NCBI GenBank assembly: GCA_016935095.1
Contig: JAFGRO010000029.1
Span: forward strand, 7,313 to 71,312
Origin: Candidatus Woesearchaeota archaeon
GTDB lineage: Archaea > Nanobdellota > Nanobdellia > Woesearchaeales > GW2011-AR15
Direction: 5' to 3'
DNA length: 64,000 nt
The stretch's first letter is position 1; each line of letters starts with the position of its first letter. The translations under genes and the position numbers were made by a program. The notes under the pieces were generated by a model, which saw only the letters and a program-made list of their open reading frames with translations, was not told the origin of the DNA and ran no database searches. Of this stretch, positions 48,430 through 57,157 are shown piece by piece.

Positions 48430-48981
48430 ATGGCAAGTCCAAGCAAAGAAGAAAACATATTAAAGGTTATTTTAGAAAATAGCCCTTTAAAGCATTGGAG
48501 ATTTAAAGAATTATTAAAAGAAACAAGAATTAGTAGAAGAGCATTAAATAAATGGCTTAATAAATATGTAAAAAAGGGATTATTAATCCATGTTAATGAA
48601 AAAGGTAAATTTCCATATTTTACATGTGGAAAAGATAATGTAATTTATCAAATTAGGAAAAAACAATTCATGCTTAATAAACTGTATAATTGCGGATTAA
48701 TTTCAGAATTATTAAAAAATGAAAAAATTAAAATAGCAATTATTTTTGGGAGTTCAATCAGAGGAGACTGGTATAAAGACTCTGACATTGATGTTTTTAT
48801 TTATGGAAATCTAGGAAAAATTGAAAAAAATAAATGCGAGAAAAAGCTTAAAAAAGATATTGAATTACATGTGTTTAAGGATAAAAAAGAAATTGACAAT
48901 GTAAAAACAGGATTAATTAAAAACATTATTAATGGATATGTCGTTAAGGGAAATATTAATCAAATTGCAAAGGTAGCTTAA
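48430..48981 (+). CDS. wHTH-MNT nucleotidyltransferase (antitoxin)
   Basis: FGSSIRGDWYKDSDIDVF. Confidence 0.88.
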   Translation: MASPSKEENILKVILENSPLKHWRFKELLKETRISRRALNKWLNKYVKKGLLIHVNEKGKFPYFTCGKDNVIYQIRKKQFMLNKLYNCGLISELLKNEKIKIAIIFGSSIRGDWYKDSDIDVFIYGNLGKIEKNKCEKKLKKDIELHVFKDKKEIDNVKTGLIKNIINGYVVKGNINQIAKVA

Positions 48982-48982
48982 A

Positions 48983-49462
48983 ATGAAAATTGATATTGAT
49001 GATTTAGAGGAAACTTATAAAAAATGTGAAGCTTCTGGTTTTATTAAAGAGAAAAATGAAATTAATATTGAATTAATTAAATCTCTTAAAAAAGTTGCTG
49101 AATCAGGGCTTGATTTTATTAAGGATAAATCAAAAACTATTAAAAAAGACAGTACAGGCTGGACTTTTGTTTTTAGAGACTATTATGAATCATTAAGGGG
49201 ATTGATTGATGCTTATTTGTTGTTTGACAGAATTGAAGCTGACAGGCACCAATGCAAAAACGCTTACTTGTGTCATAAATATCCTGAGCTGGAGTTAAAC
49301 TGGGAGTTTTTAGAGACTGTAAGACTCAAAAGAAACAGGATTAATTATAGAGGAGAAACATTGAATTATAATGATTGGCAGCAATTTAGACTACAGTTTA
49401 CGCTACATATTAATAAGCTGAAAGAAGAACTTAATAAAAAATTGGAAGAGATTGAACTATAA
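48983..49462 (+). CDS. HEPN-domain protein (toxin partner)
   Basis: YYESLR, H, R..RNRINY motif; directly after MNT. Confidence 0.8.
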   Translation: MKIDIDDLEETYKKCEASGFIKEKNEINIELIKSLKKVAESGLDFIKDKSKTIKKDSTGWTFVFRDYYESLRGLIDAYLLFDRIEADRHQCKNAYLCHKYPELELNWEFLETVRLKRNRINYRGETLNYNDWQQFRLQFTLHINKLKEELNKKLEEIEL

Positions 49463-49478
49463 CTAAAAGTTGGAAAAC

Positions 49479-49673
49479 TCATTTCTTCTTTTTTTTCAAT
49501 TCCTTCCTAAATTCTGGAATTTTTGATTTTTCAATCTCTGGAAACAAACCTCTATTTTCACAGTTTTTACAATAATCCGGCATAGTCATATGAATGTCTC
49601 TTCCAGCAGGAGGAATAGTATTATTAGTGCTTCCGCATTTTGGGCAGATTTTAACATATATTTTGTTCTTCAT
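49479..49673 (-). CDS. Small zinc-ribbon protein
   Basis: CPKCGS...YCKNC...FPEI. Confidence 0.75.
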   Translation of the reverse strand: MKNKIYVKICPKCGSTNNTIPPAGRDIHMTMPDYCKNCENRGLFPEIEKSKIPEFRKELKKKKK

Positions 49674-49867
49674 TTTACATTATCAAGAAATCATTATATT
49701 TAATTCTTTCCAAGAAGAGATTAATTAATAGTGTGGGAGGGTATCTCTAAATATGCATTATAAAATTTTACAATCTCAAAATAATTTATATACTACAATC
49801 ATATTTCTAATATATATGGTAAAATGGTTTACTGAAATTAAGAAAAAGAAATAATTTTATCCTTCTC

Positions 49868-50680
49868 TCACTCAACCAGCGGTATCTCTCCGCCATACAA
49901 TGCTTTGAATTGTCCTTTTTTGAAATCAAGTGTGAAGACATTGTGGTTGCAGCTTGTTCCTCTCATCTTTACAACAGAGATTTCTCTTGTTACTTTCCTG
50001 TGCCTTTCTGTAAGGAATAATACAATTACACCGTCTGCAAGAAAATCCTCTACTTCAAAATCTGCGTATTTCATCCTGTCAAGGTGCATCTCTGAAATCA
50101 TTAAAGAAGTAATGCCCATATCCCTGAATGTCTCAAAAATAAAGAATATCTTTTTTCTCGGTTCCTTGAAATCCGCATGAATGTATAATGCTGAAAGCGA
50201 GTCTATAACCAGCAATTTAAGCTCAATTATGGACTTAATGCGCTTGGCTATATTTTCAATTGCGTTTACCCAATCGCCAGATTTAGACCTTGCTTTCTGC
50301 AGTTCTTTTCTTACTGCAGAGATATCTATAAAAAAAATAGTGCCTTTTTTCTCTTTTTTAAGCTTGGTAAGTTCAGAGCTTATAGAAGACAGGTCTGTAA
50401 TTACAATAAAATTCACTTTTGACAGGTCATACCCCAGGTTGAATATATGGTGCAGAAAATTTTCATGCGGCTGCTCCAGTGAAAAATATATTGAGCTGTT
50501 CCCTTTAAGAGCCTCGTTATAAAGTATATTGAAGCTGACAGTTGATTTCATTGTGCCTGCTGAACCGCATAGCAGAACAACATGCCCCTCGGGAATGCCT
50601 CCTTCAATCTGGTCATCCAAACCCTTGATATAAAGCGGAATCCTTGTTTTCTGGTATTCTTTTTCAGAAGTAATTTTCAT
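49868..50680 (-). CDS. KaiC/RAD55-like RecA-superfamily ATPase
   Basis: GLD.QIEGGIP, GSAGTMKS, VIDSLS, VKMRGT. Confidence 0.92.
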   Translation of the reverse strand: MKITSEKEYQKTRIPLYIKGLDDQIEGGIPEGHVVLLCGSAGTMKSTVSFNILYNEALKGNSSIYFSLEQPHENFLHHIFNLGYDLSKVNFIVITDLSSISSELTKLKKEKKGTIFFIDISAVRKELQKARSKSGDWVNAIENIAKRIKSIIELKLLVIDSLSALYIHADFKEPRKKIFFIFETFRDMGITSLMISEMHLDRMKYADFEVEDFLADGVIVLFLTERHRKVTREISVVKMRGTSCNHNVFTLDFKKGQFKALYGGEIPLVE

Positions 50681-50706
50681 CTTTTATCACCTTCATATAA
50701 TCTAAA

Positions 50707-52023
50707 TTATTTTTTCTTTTTAATTTTTGTTAATTTATTCTTAATCCTTTCAAGCTTTTCAATATATTCCTTGTCAACATCTTTATGGTCCTGCTTTGCA
50801 GGTTTTTTGTCCTTTTCTGAAACAGATTTTGACAATTTAAGCGTAAATATAATTGATGTCCCTTTTCCTATACCAGGGCTTTCGGCCCATATCTTGCCCT
50901 CATGCTTCTCAATAATGCGCCTGCATATGCTCAGGCCGAGACCGCTTCCCTTATGGTGCCTGGACGAATCTGCCTTATAGAATTCCTCAAATATCTTGTC
51001 AATATGATCCTTGCCTATGCCCTGACCGTTGTCTTTTACTGTAAACTGCAGGAAATTGCCTGTCTCTTTGGCAGAAAATGTCATTGTTCCACCTTTTTTC
51101 ATGAATTTTGTGGAATTCATAACAAGATTCTCCAGAACTTCTGTTATTTTCAACCTGTCAATATGAACAGTTGGTGTGTTTTTAGATACCTTGTTTACAA
51201 AGTTCAGCTTCAGCTTTTTAAAAGTGATTTTATTATTTTTTATAATATTCTGAGTGATATCATACATGCTGGAATCCTCAAAATTAAACTCAATTTTATT
51301 ATTATCAATCCTCGCTAATTTCAATATATCCTCAACCAGGTTCTTGAGATAATTGGCATTGTTCTCTATGACTTCCATGTCTTTTAGGATACTCTTTGAT
51401 TTAATCTCCTCTTTCATTGACTGGACAAGGTATGTTATCGGCGTCAGCGGGGTTCTCAGGTCATGCGCAAGTTCATTAATAAACTGGTTTTTACGCTCAA
51501 GAAGCAGTTTTATCTCCTCATTGGCTTTTAACAGCTGCGAGGTTCTTTCATTAACCTTTGCCTCTAATTTTTTGTTAAAGTCCTGGAGCTGGTCCTTCAT
51601 TTTTTTTAATTCCTGATTTTGCTCCGCAAGCTTTAACTCCATTAGTCTTTTTTCTGTATAATCCTCAACAGCCGCTAAAGATAACTCATCATCAAACATT
51701 GCATCAATCCATAATCTCACATAACGCTTTGTGCCCTTTTTTGTAACCAGGACAACATCATGTGCATCCGACTCTTTGAAGAACCCGAACTCAATTAGTG
51801 AAAATTTTTGTTTTTCCTCTTCTGTTTCGGGGTGAAAAATCTCTGAAAAGTTCCTGTTCAGTATTTTATTTTTTTCATAGCCCACTATTTCAGTAAACTT
51901 AGTGTTAAAGGCAATAATCCTGCCTGATTTATCAGAAATGAACAAAGGCATGATATTATGTTTAAACAGCCTTTCATACATACTTTTAGAAAATTCAAAG
52001 GTTTTTTTTTCCATATTTATCAA
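50707..52023 (-). CDS. PAS-domain sensor histidine kinase
   Basis: PAS, AHDLRTPLT, NLVMNS.KF, DNGQGI, GSGLGL. Confidence 0.95.
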   Translation of the reverse strand: MINMEKKTFEFSKSMYERLFKHNIMPLFISDKSGRIIAFNTKFTEIVGYEKNKILNRNFSEIFHPETEEEKQKFSLIEFGFFKESDAHDVVLVTKKGTKRYVRLWIDAMFDDELSLAAVEDYTEKRLMELKLAEQNQELKKMKDQLQDFNKKLEAKVNERTSQLLKANEEIKLLLERKNQFINELAHDLRTPLTPITYLVQSMKEEIKSKSILKDMEVIENNANYLKNLVEDILKLARIDNNKIEFNFEDSSMYDITQNIIKNNKITFKKLKLNFVNKVSKNTPTVHIDRLKITEVLENLVMNSTKFMKKGGTMTFSAKETGNFLQFTVKDNGQGIGKDHIDKIFEEFYKADSSRHHKGSGLGLSICRRIIEKHEGKIWAESPGIGKGTSIIFTLKLSKSVSEKDKKPAKQDHKDVDKEYIEKLERIKNKLTKIKKKK

Positions 52024-52031
52024 AAAAAAAA

Positions 52032-52424
52032 TTAAATTTTAGCCCTCAAGAGCTTATTAAATTTGAAAAACCCGACTGAAATAATTAGAAACGCAATAGT
52101 TATGATTATCCTTTCAATCAGATAAACATAAGTATAATCTGATTTCCAACCCATTCCCTGTGAAATAAAATACAACAAGTTAAGGATTGAATTAAACAAA
52201 AACAAGCCTATTGTAACATATATCAGCCTCACTATCTTGTTTTTTCTTGTTATATTAAGAAATTTGACTAAGTTTGCGGATATAATGATCACAAGAAGAG
52301 ATTCTATACCCAGAATAAGGATTGAAAAATTATTCAGAAACGCTGATTCCGAAACCTGCAAAAATGCCAGTGCAGAAGAAGCCAGGACTATGAAAAAACA
52401 AAAAGGAACAAGTAATTTCTTCAT
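52032..52424 (-). CDS. Small multi-pass membrane protein
   Basis: Four hydrophobic segments; GGGTG SD 6 nt before ATG; lies between RR and HK. Confidence 0.7.
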   Translation of the reverse strand: MKKLLVPFCFFIVLASSALAFLQVSESAFLNNFSILILGIESLLVIIISANLVKFLNITRKNKIVRLIYVTIGLFLFNSILNLLYFISQGMGWKSDYTYVYLIERIIITIAFLIISVGFFKFNKLLRAKI

Positions 52425-52429
52425 ATCAA

Positions 52430-52810
52430 TCACCCTCTTTTTTTAAGAGTTTTATCTATCCTCTTAATTAACAAGTTGATATCAACCGGCTTTATAATAT
52501 AATCCTCAACAGAGATGCTTGCTACAGTCTGGGTCAATTTATCATCTTTTGCTGTCAGGAATATTACAGGAATATTCTGCCATGCCTTGTTTTCGTGAAT
52601 CTTTTCAACAACATCCCAGCCATCCATTTCAGGCATCATTATATCCAGTAAAATAAGGTCCGGCTTTTCTTTCTTCAGGAGCTCAAGGCCCTTTTTTCCG
52701 GAATTTGCCTTAATTACAGAATATTTTGTCTTCTTAGTCAAGAGTTTCTCAACACTATAGAGAATATCTTCATCATCGTCAACAATCATTATCTTCGGAA
52801 TTTTTACCAC
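52430..52810 (-). CDS. Single-domain response regulator (start GTG 52810 or ATT 52801)
   Basis: IMIVDDD, LLDIMMPEMDG, FLTA, IIKP. Confidence 0.93.
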   Translation of the reverse strand: MVKIPKIMIVDDDEDILYSVEKLLTKKTKYSVIKANSGKKGLELLKKEKPDLILLDIMMPEMDGWDVVEKIHENKAWQNIPVIFLTAKDDKLTQTVASISVEDYIIKPVDINLLIKRIDKTLKKRG

Positions 52811-52914
52811 CTCATTAAATTTTATAATCCAAACATAATCATTCAAAATTATAAATCTTTCGTTTTTGCAAACAAAAAAAATATAAATACCGTTGCGCAA
52901 TTAAAAAAATAAAA

Positions 52915-53454
52915 ATGTTAGAAATTATTTCTGGAGCTGTTATAGGGATCGGCACAGGGATAGCACTGGGAAAATACTCCTGCCAAAAGATCATTTTTCC
53001 AAAGGCTCCGCCAAGAGGAAAAGAAGGCGGTCTAAATTATCTTAAGTACAATAAAAGATGCAACTATATAAAGGGATTTTCTGAAGAGATAAGAGCATTG
53101 ATAACAAACTTCATTTTTATCCTGGAAAAGATTAACACAATAAATGTATCTGTCCAGTTAAATGAATGCTTATCACCTTATTTCAATTCAATAGATTCTT
53201 CTTTATATAAGATAAAAACATATTATGAACCCATGCAGAAGATTTATTTGGCAGATACAGGCCTGGAAAAATTCACAAAAAAGATAAACCGCTCAATAAA
53301 GAAAATCAGCAGCAGTCTTAATATGCTCAAAGAAGAAGGAACTGACAAAGACCTGCTTTCCAATGAAATTAAATCTGTATTGCAGCCTTTAATCGGATAT
53401 TATTCTGGTTTTTCAGATACAATTACTGATACTAAAACATTATTATGGCTCTAA
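52915..53454 (+). CDS. Membrane-anchored helical hypothetical protein
   Basis: N-terminal Gly-rich TM then helical domain. Confidence 0.65.
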   Translation: MLEIISGAVIGIGTGIALGKYSCQKIIFPKAPPRGKEGGLNYLKYNKRCNYIKGFSEEIRALITNFIFILEKINTINVSVQLNECLSPYFNSIDSSLYKIKTYYEPMQKIYLADTGLEKFTKKINRSIKKISSSLNMLKEEGTDKDLLSNEIKSVLQPLIGYYSGFSDTITDTKTLLWL

Positions 53455-53457
53455 AAA

Positions 53458-53922
53458 ATGATTGACTTATTAACTGCTATGTACATTGGGTTTGGCGGCT
53501 CTTTTTTAGGTTCTATAGTCCTATATACCCTGAATATGAAATTATTTGCCAACAAAGACGTGGTCTTAAAAAGAAGACTAAACCTGTTTGAAGATATTGT
53601 CAAGAGTCTGCATGAATTTGCCCTTGCTTCAAATCCTATTGTAAAGGATAATGAGACTTCTGAACGTTCATTAAAAGGGATTGATGAAAAATTCCTTAAA
53701 ATTTCCGGCTTCTATAACATCAACTATGATTTTTATAAAATAAACAGGAAATATAAGAACAGGATAGAAAAAATCCTTGACCTTGCTGTTGCGCTTCACA
53801 GCAACATTGCAAATAAAAAAGTTTATTTAGATGAAAATAAAATGATCTTACAGAATATCAAAGACAAGATTTGGGCTCTTACTGATAAATTAAAAACCGA
53901 TAGAGATTTATTCGAGCTATAA
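53458..53922 (+). CDS. Membrane-anchored helical hypothetical protein
   Basis: N-terminal TM; tight operon spacing. Confidence 0.65.
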   Translation: MIDLLTAMYIGFGGSFLGSIVLYTLNMKLFANKDVVLKRRLNLFEDIVKSLHEFALASNPIVKDNETSERSLKGIDEKFLKISGFYNINYDFYKINRKYKNRIEKILDLAVALHSNIANKKVYLDENKMILQNIKDKIWALTDKLKTDRDLFEL

Positions 53923-54746
53923 TGGATAAGGAAACTGTAACTAAATTCATGTCTGATGTACCTGCTGAATTAGTCTTCAGGACATCAAATAGTGAAATCA
54001 GTAATCTCCGCGAACTGATAGTCCATTTAAAAACACAAGGAGAAAATTTCTTTAATTTTCATGTGACTCAGGATAAGAATGATTTTGCAAACTGGATAAG
54101 GGATGTTATCCAGGATAAAGAATTAGCCAATGGGCTTTTCCCTATTAAAAGTTATAATAAAACAATTAATTTTATTGAAGAGAGAATTAATTATCTTGAA
54201 AACTATGAAAGCAGGGAAACCCTTTTTAAGAATTTAACTGATTTATCATTGAAGGGGGAACTTTCATCTGATTATTTTTTTAATATGCTCGGTTCAAAAG
54301 ACATATTTACAAATTTTTTAAATTTCCACCATCATACGTTCGAAGACAAATTAAATCATAATGAAATACTAAAATTTATAATTGGAAACGAATCCCTGCA
54401 AAAAAGAGATGAATTATCAATTTTTGAAAATAAAAATATCAATGAATTATTGTCAAAGGAAGCAGCTCTTTCCACTAGAAGAATAATCAGTTCCCCTAAA
54501 CATATTGAAAACAAAGAGCTGATAGCATATCTGGAAAAAACAAACCTGGCTTATGAGCAGCTGAATTCTGTTCTGGAAACTAAAAAAGAAAGTAAAAAGC
54601 AAGGTAAACAAAATGTATTTCTCAATAAATTTAATAAAGATTTTTTTTCAAATGTAAAAATAAATTTAAATGTCAAAGAGAATATAAACAGAATAACTAA
54701 TAAATTCTGTGATATATTATACAGTGTTCAGAAATATGAAAAATAG
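53922..54746 (+). CDS. Hypothetical protein with DUF5752-like N-terminal domain
   Basis: I.NL.EL...F.FHV...KNDFANWIRDVI.DKELA. Confidence 0.7.
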   Translation: MDKETVTKFMSDVPAELVFRTSNSEISNLRELIVHLKTQGENFFNFHVTQDKNDFANWIRDVIQDKELANGLFPIKSYNKTINFIEERINYLENYESRETLFKNLTDLSLKGELSSDYFFNMLGSKDIFTNFLNFHHHTFEDKLNHNEILKFIIGNESLQKRDELSIFENKNINELLSKEAALSTRRIISSPKHIENKELIAYLEKTNLAYEQLNSVLETKKESKKQGKQNVFLNKFNKDFFSNVKINLNVKENINRITNKFCDILYSVQKYEK

Positions 54747-55395
54747 AACTAAGATTGCACCTTCGATTTTATCTGCGGATTTTTCAAAACTTAAAGATGA
54801 GATTAAATCCATTGAGCCGTATTGTGACCTGCTGCATGTAGATGTAATGGACGGTCATTTCGTGCCCAATATTACAATCGGCCCGTGTGTTGTCAAAAGT
54901 ATAAGAAAAATCTCGAAATTAGAGTTCGATGTCCATTTAATGATATCCGAACCTGAAAAATATATTGAGAGTTTTGCAAAAGCAGGCGCTGATATAATTA
55001 CTGTGCATTCTGAAGTAAAATATCCATTACTGAAATTAATCAAAGAGATTAAGAAATACGGGAAAAAAGCAGGTGTTTCCATGAACCCTGATACTGAGAT
55101 TGACAGTATAATGCCCTATATCAAAGATTTAGATTTAATTCTGGTTATGAGTGTTTTTCCCGGGTTCGGGGGCCAGAAATTCATGCCAGAGGTTCTGGAA
55201 AAAGTGAAAATGCTTGCAAACGCGAGAAATATTAACCGCACAAAAAATCTTTTAATTGAAATTGACGGCGGCATTAATGAAAAAACAGCCAAACTTGCTG
55301 TTAAAGCCGGTGTTGATATCCTTGTAGCAGGGAGCTATATTTTCAGGAGTGACAATAGAGAAAAAGCAATTGAAAGTCTAAAAAAGGCTCAATAA
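54736..55395 (+). CDS. rpe: Ribulose-phosphate 3-epimerase
   Basis: IAPSILSADF, HVDVMDGHFVPN, DVHLM, MSVFPGFGGQ, IDGG. Confidence 0.97.
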   Translation: MKNRTKIAPSILSADFSKLKDEIKSIEPYCDLLHVDVMDGHFVPNITIGPCVVKSIRKISKLEFDVHLMISEPEKYIESFAKAGADIITVHSEVKYPLLKLIKEIKKYGKKAGVSMNPDTEIDSIMPYIKDLDLILVMSVFPGFGGQKFMPEVLEKVKMLANARNINRTKNLLIEIDGGINEKTAKLAVKAGVDILVAGSYIFRSDNREKAIESLKKAQ

Positions 55396-55444
55396 AAAAT
55401 AAAAATCATGGCTTTTTCTTTTTTTCAATCAATGAGGTGGTTTG

Positions 55445-56089
55445 ATGAAAGTCCTTAATATTAATAATGTAAAATTAAAATGGCTTGGCCAGTCCTCTTT
55501 TAAATTAGAATATGGAGATTTAAAAATCTATATTGACCCATACCAGCTCTCTGAAGAGGACAAAGCAGATATTATTTTAATAACGCACGGCCATTATGAC
55601 CATTGCAGCATTGCCGATATTGCAAAGCTGACAAAAGCAGAGACAAAAATTATTACAACACCGGACACAACTTCAAAGCTGGCATCAAAAGTTGAAGGCG
55701 GCAATCCAATCCTCATTAAGCCGGGAGACAAGCTGGAGCTAAAAAAAGAGGATATTCTTGTTGAGGCTGTTCCTGCGTATAATACCAACAAGGCATTTCA
55801 CCCAAAGGACAACCAGTGGGTCGGCTATATTCTTACAATCAATAAGGTAAGATTCTACCACAGCGGGGACAGTGATGCTATCCCTGAAATGAATACAATT
55901 AAAGCGGATATTGTAATGCTGCCTGTCGGCGGCACATATACAATGAATGCTGGTGAAGCTGCTAAAATTGTTAATATAATAAAACCCAGGATTGCAATAC
56001 CTATGCATTATGGAAAAATAGTAGGCAGTAAAACAGATGCTGAAAGATTTAAAGAATTATGCCAATGTGAAGTCAGGATATTGGATTAA
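55445..56089 (+). CDS. Metallo-beta-lactamase fold hydrolase
   Basis: THGHYDH, YHSGD, IPMHY. Confidence 0.92.
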   Translation: MKVLNINNVKLKWLGQSSFKLEYGDLKIYIDPYQLSEEDKADIILITHGHYDHCSIADIAKLTKAETKIITTPDTTSKLASKVEGGNPILIKPGDKLELKKEDILVEAVPAYNTNKAFHPKDNQWVGYILTINKVRFYHSGDSDAIPEMNTIKADIVMLPVGGTYTMNAGEAAKIVNIIKPRIAIPMHYGKIVGSKTDAERFKELCQCEVRILD

Positions 56090-56286
56090 GATACTCTTCC
56101 AAGCATTAAGTTCTGCTCCTGCCATTCCCACATTGAAGTAACTTTTAAAGTACACCATTTTTTTCCTTCCCAGAAGACACTGCACTTCCTGCCTAATTTT
56201 TCCCATTTAAAGCATCCTTTGCAGATTTCATTAACAGGTTCGCCATGAGATGCGGGTTTTTTCTTATGGGATTTTGATTTTTTCAT
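56086..56286 (-). CDS. Small Cys-containing hypothetical protein
   Basis: CxxC...C...C, 66 aa. Confidence 0.6.
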   Translation of the reverse strand: MKKSKSHKKKPASHGEPVNEICKGCFKWEKLGRKCSVFWEGKKWCTLKVTSMWEWQEQNLMLGRVS

Positions 56287-56333
56287 TGTTTTAAGATTAT
56301 AATAAAAACAAGATTATTAAATTTTGTGGAAAG

Positions 56334-56656
56334 TGAGAGGCATGCCAAGAAATCGATCCAAACACTAAATTCTGGTTAATCTTGAATTCTCCTCGATCCT
56401 GCTACCCTCTTAGCACCAGTTTTGAAGATTAACGTTGCTTCATTCCTGATCTCTCACGTGCGCCGGCACAGGATACAATCGAATCTCCGGTTCTGACGCA
56501 TGGCGTGGTTCTCAAAAAAACCAGTCCAAAAGGACAAAATCTCATTGTTGAACCCAAGGCCAAAACTTAGCTTTAAGACCTCTTTCCAGGCTTCGACCCC
56601 ATCATACGTCCATTTATGGTTACAGGGCAGGACGGGCACCCCAGTCTAGCCTCTCA
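56334..56656 (-). ncRNA. ffs: Archaeal SRP (7S) RNA with a BHB-bounded intron in helix 8 (56453-56501) and a second insertion in helix 5 (56389-56421)
   Basis: Helix 1 TGAGAGGC/GCCTCTCA, Alu domain GGCTAG...CCCTGTAACC...GGGGTCGAAGCC, long helix 5 pairing, GGAA-capped helix 8 with AGCA, TATA (TTTAAATA) about 25 nt upstream. Confidence 0.88.
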
Positions 56657-56890
56657 AAAGTGCGTAAAGAACAGCTATTTAAAAAATTTTTTGAGAAAAT
56701 ACAATATAAATTTATCTGAAACTAAGAACAAATCAGTCTTTTTTCCTTTTATTTTTGTTTCATAATTAATGGAATTGAATTTTTTTATTAATATTATTTT
56801 ACTTTTAATTTATCATAAATGATTTTTTTTAATTTTAGTTATTGAGGGAGAGCGCTTCCTGCCCTTATTAAAACAAAGAAATAAAAGAAG

Positions 56891-57087
56891 GGCAGTAGCC
56901 GGAACTTTCATAATGATTTCGCCTTTGCCGTATGAGAGGGATTTCGAACAAAGTGAGAACCTCCCTCACTAATTTCGGTGTAAATGGACGAAACCATTTT
57001 TTGAATCCGGTCTAGAGGATAACTGCTTGGCAATCCACATTGAGGCAATATGTGTCCTCTGTGCTGCCAGGTTACACCACTACTGCC
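56891..57087 (-). tRNA. tRNA-His(GUG) with encoded G-1 and introns at 32/33 (57040-57053), 37/38 (57021-57034) and 59/60 (56905-56999)
   Basis: G-GCAGTAG/CTACTGC-C acceptor; BHB helices GAGG/CCTC, CTGT/GCAG, TTCA/TGAA; mature loops CTGTGGA and TTCAAAT. Confidence 0.88.
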
Positions 57088-57157
57088 ATATTTGCTGTGA
57101 AAAATATTAAATTTTAAAAACTTATCCAAATTCCATCATTACTAAAAATAATAACTA

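Noticed and set aside
56453-56495. Alternative SRP splice register using TGCG/CGTG as the central helix
   Set aside because: Needs two wobble pairs and has no flanking helices; the CACG/CGTG register is perfect
56454-56639. 61-aa ORF
   Set aside because: Lies inside the SRP RNA gene
56855-56900. Inverted repeat CTGCCCTT/AAGGGCAG overlapping the tRNA-His 3' end
   Set aside because: Only about 8-11 bp; could be chance or a terminator, function unsupported
56908-57129. 73-aa ORF, and an initial guess of RNase P RNA for this structured region
   Set aside because: The region resolves fully into tRNA-His with three BHB introns; no RNase P P4 motif seen
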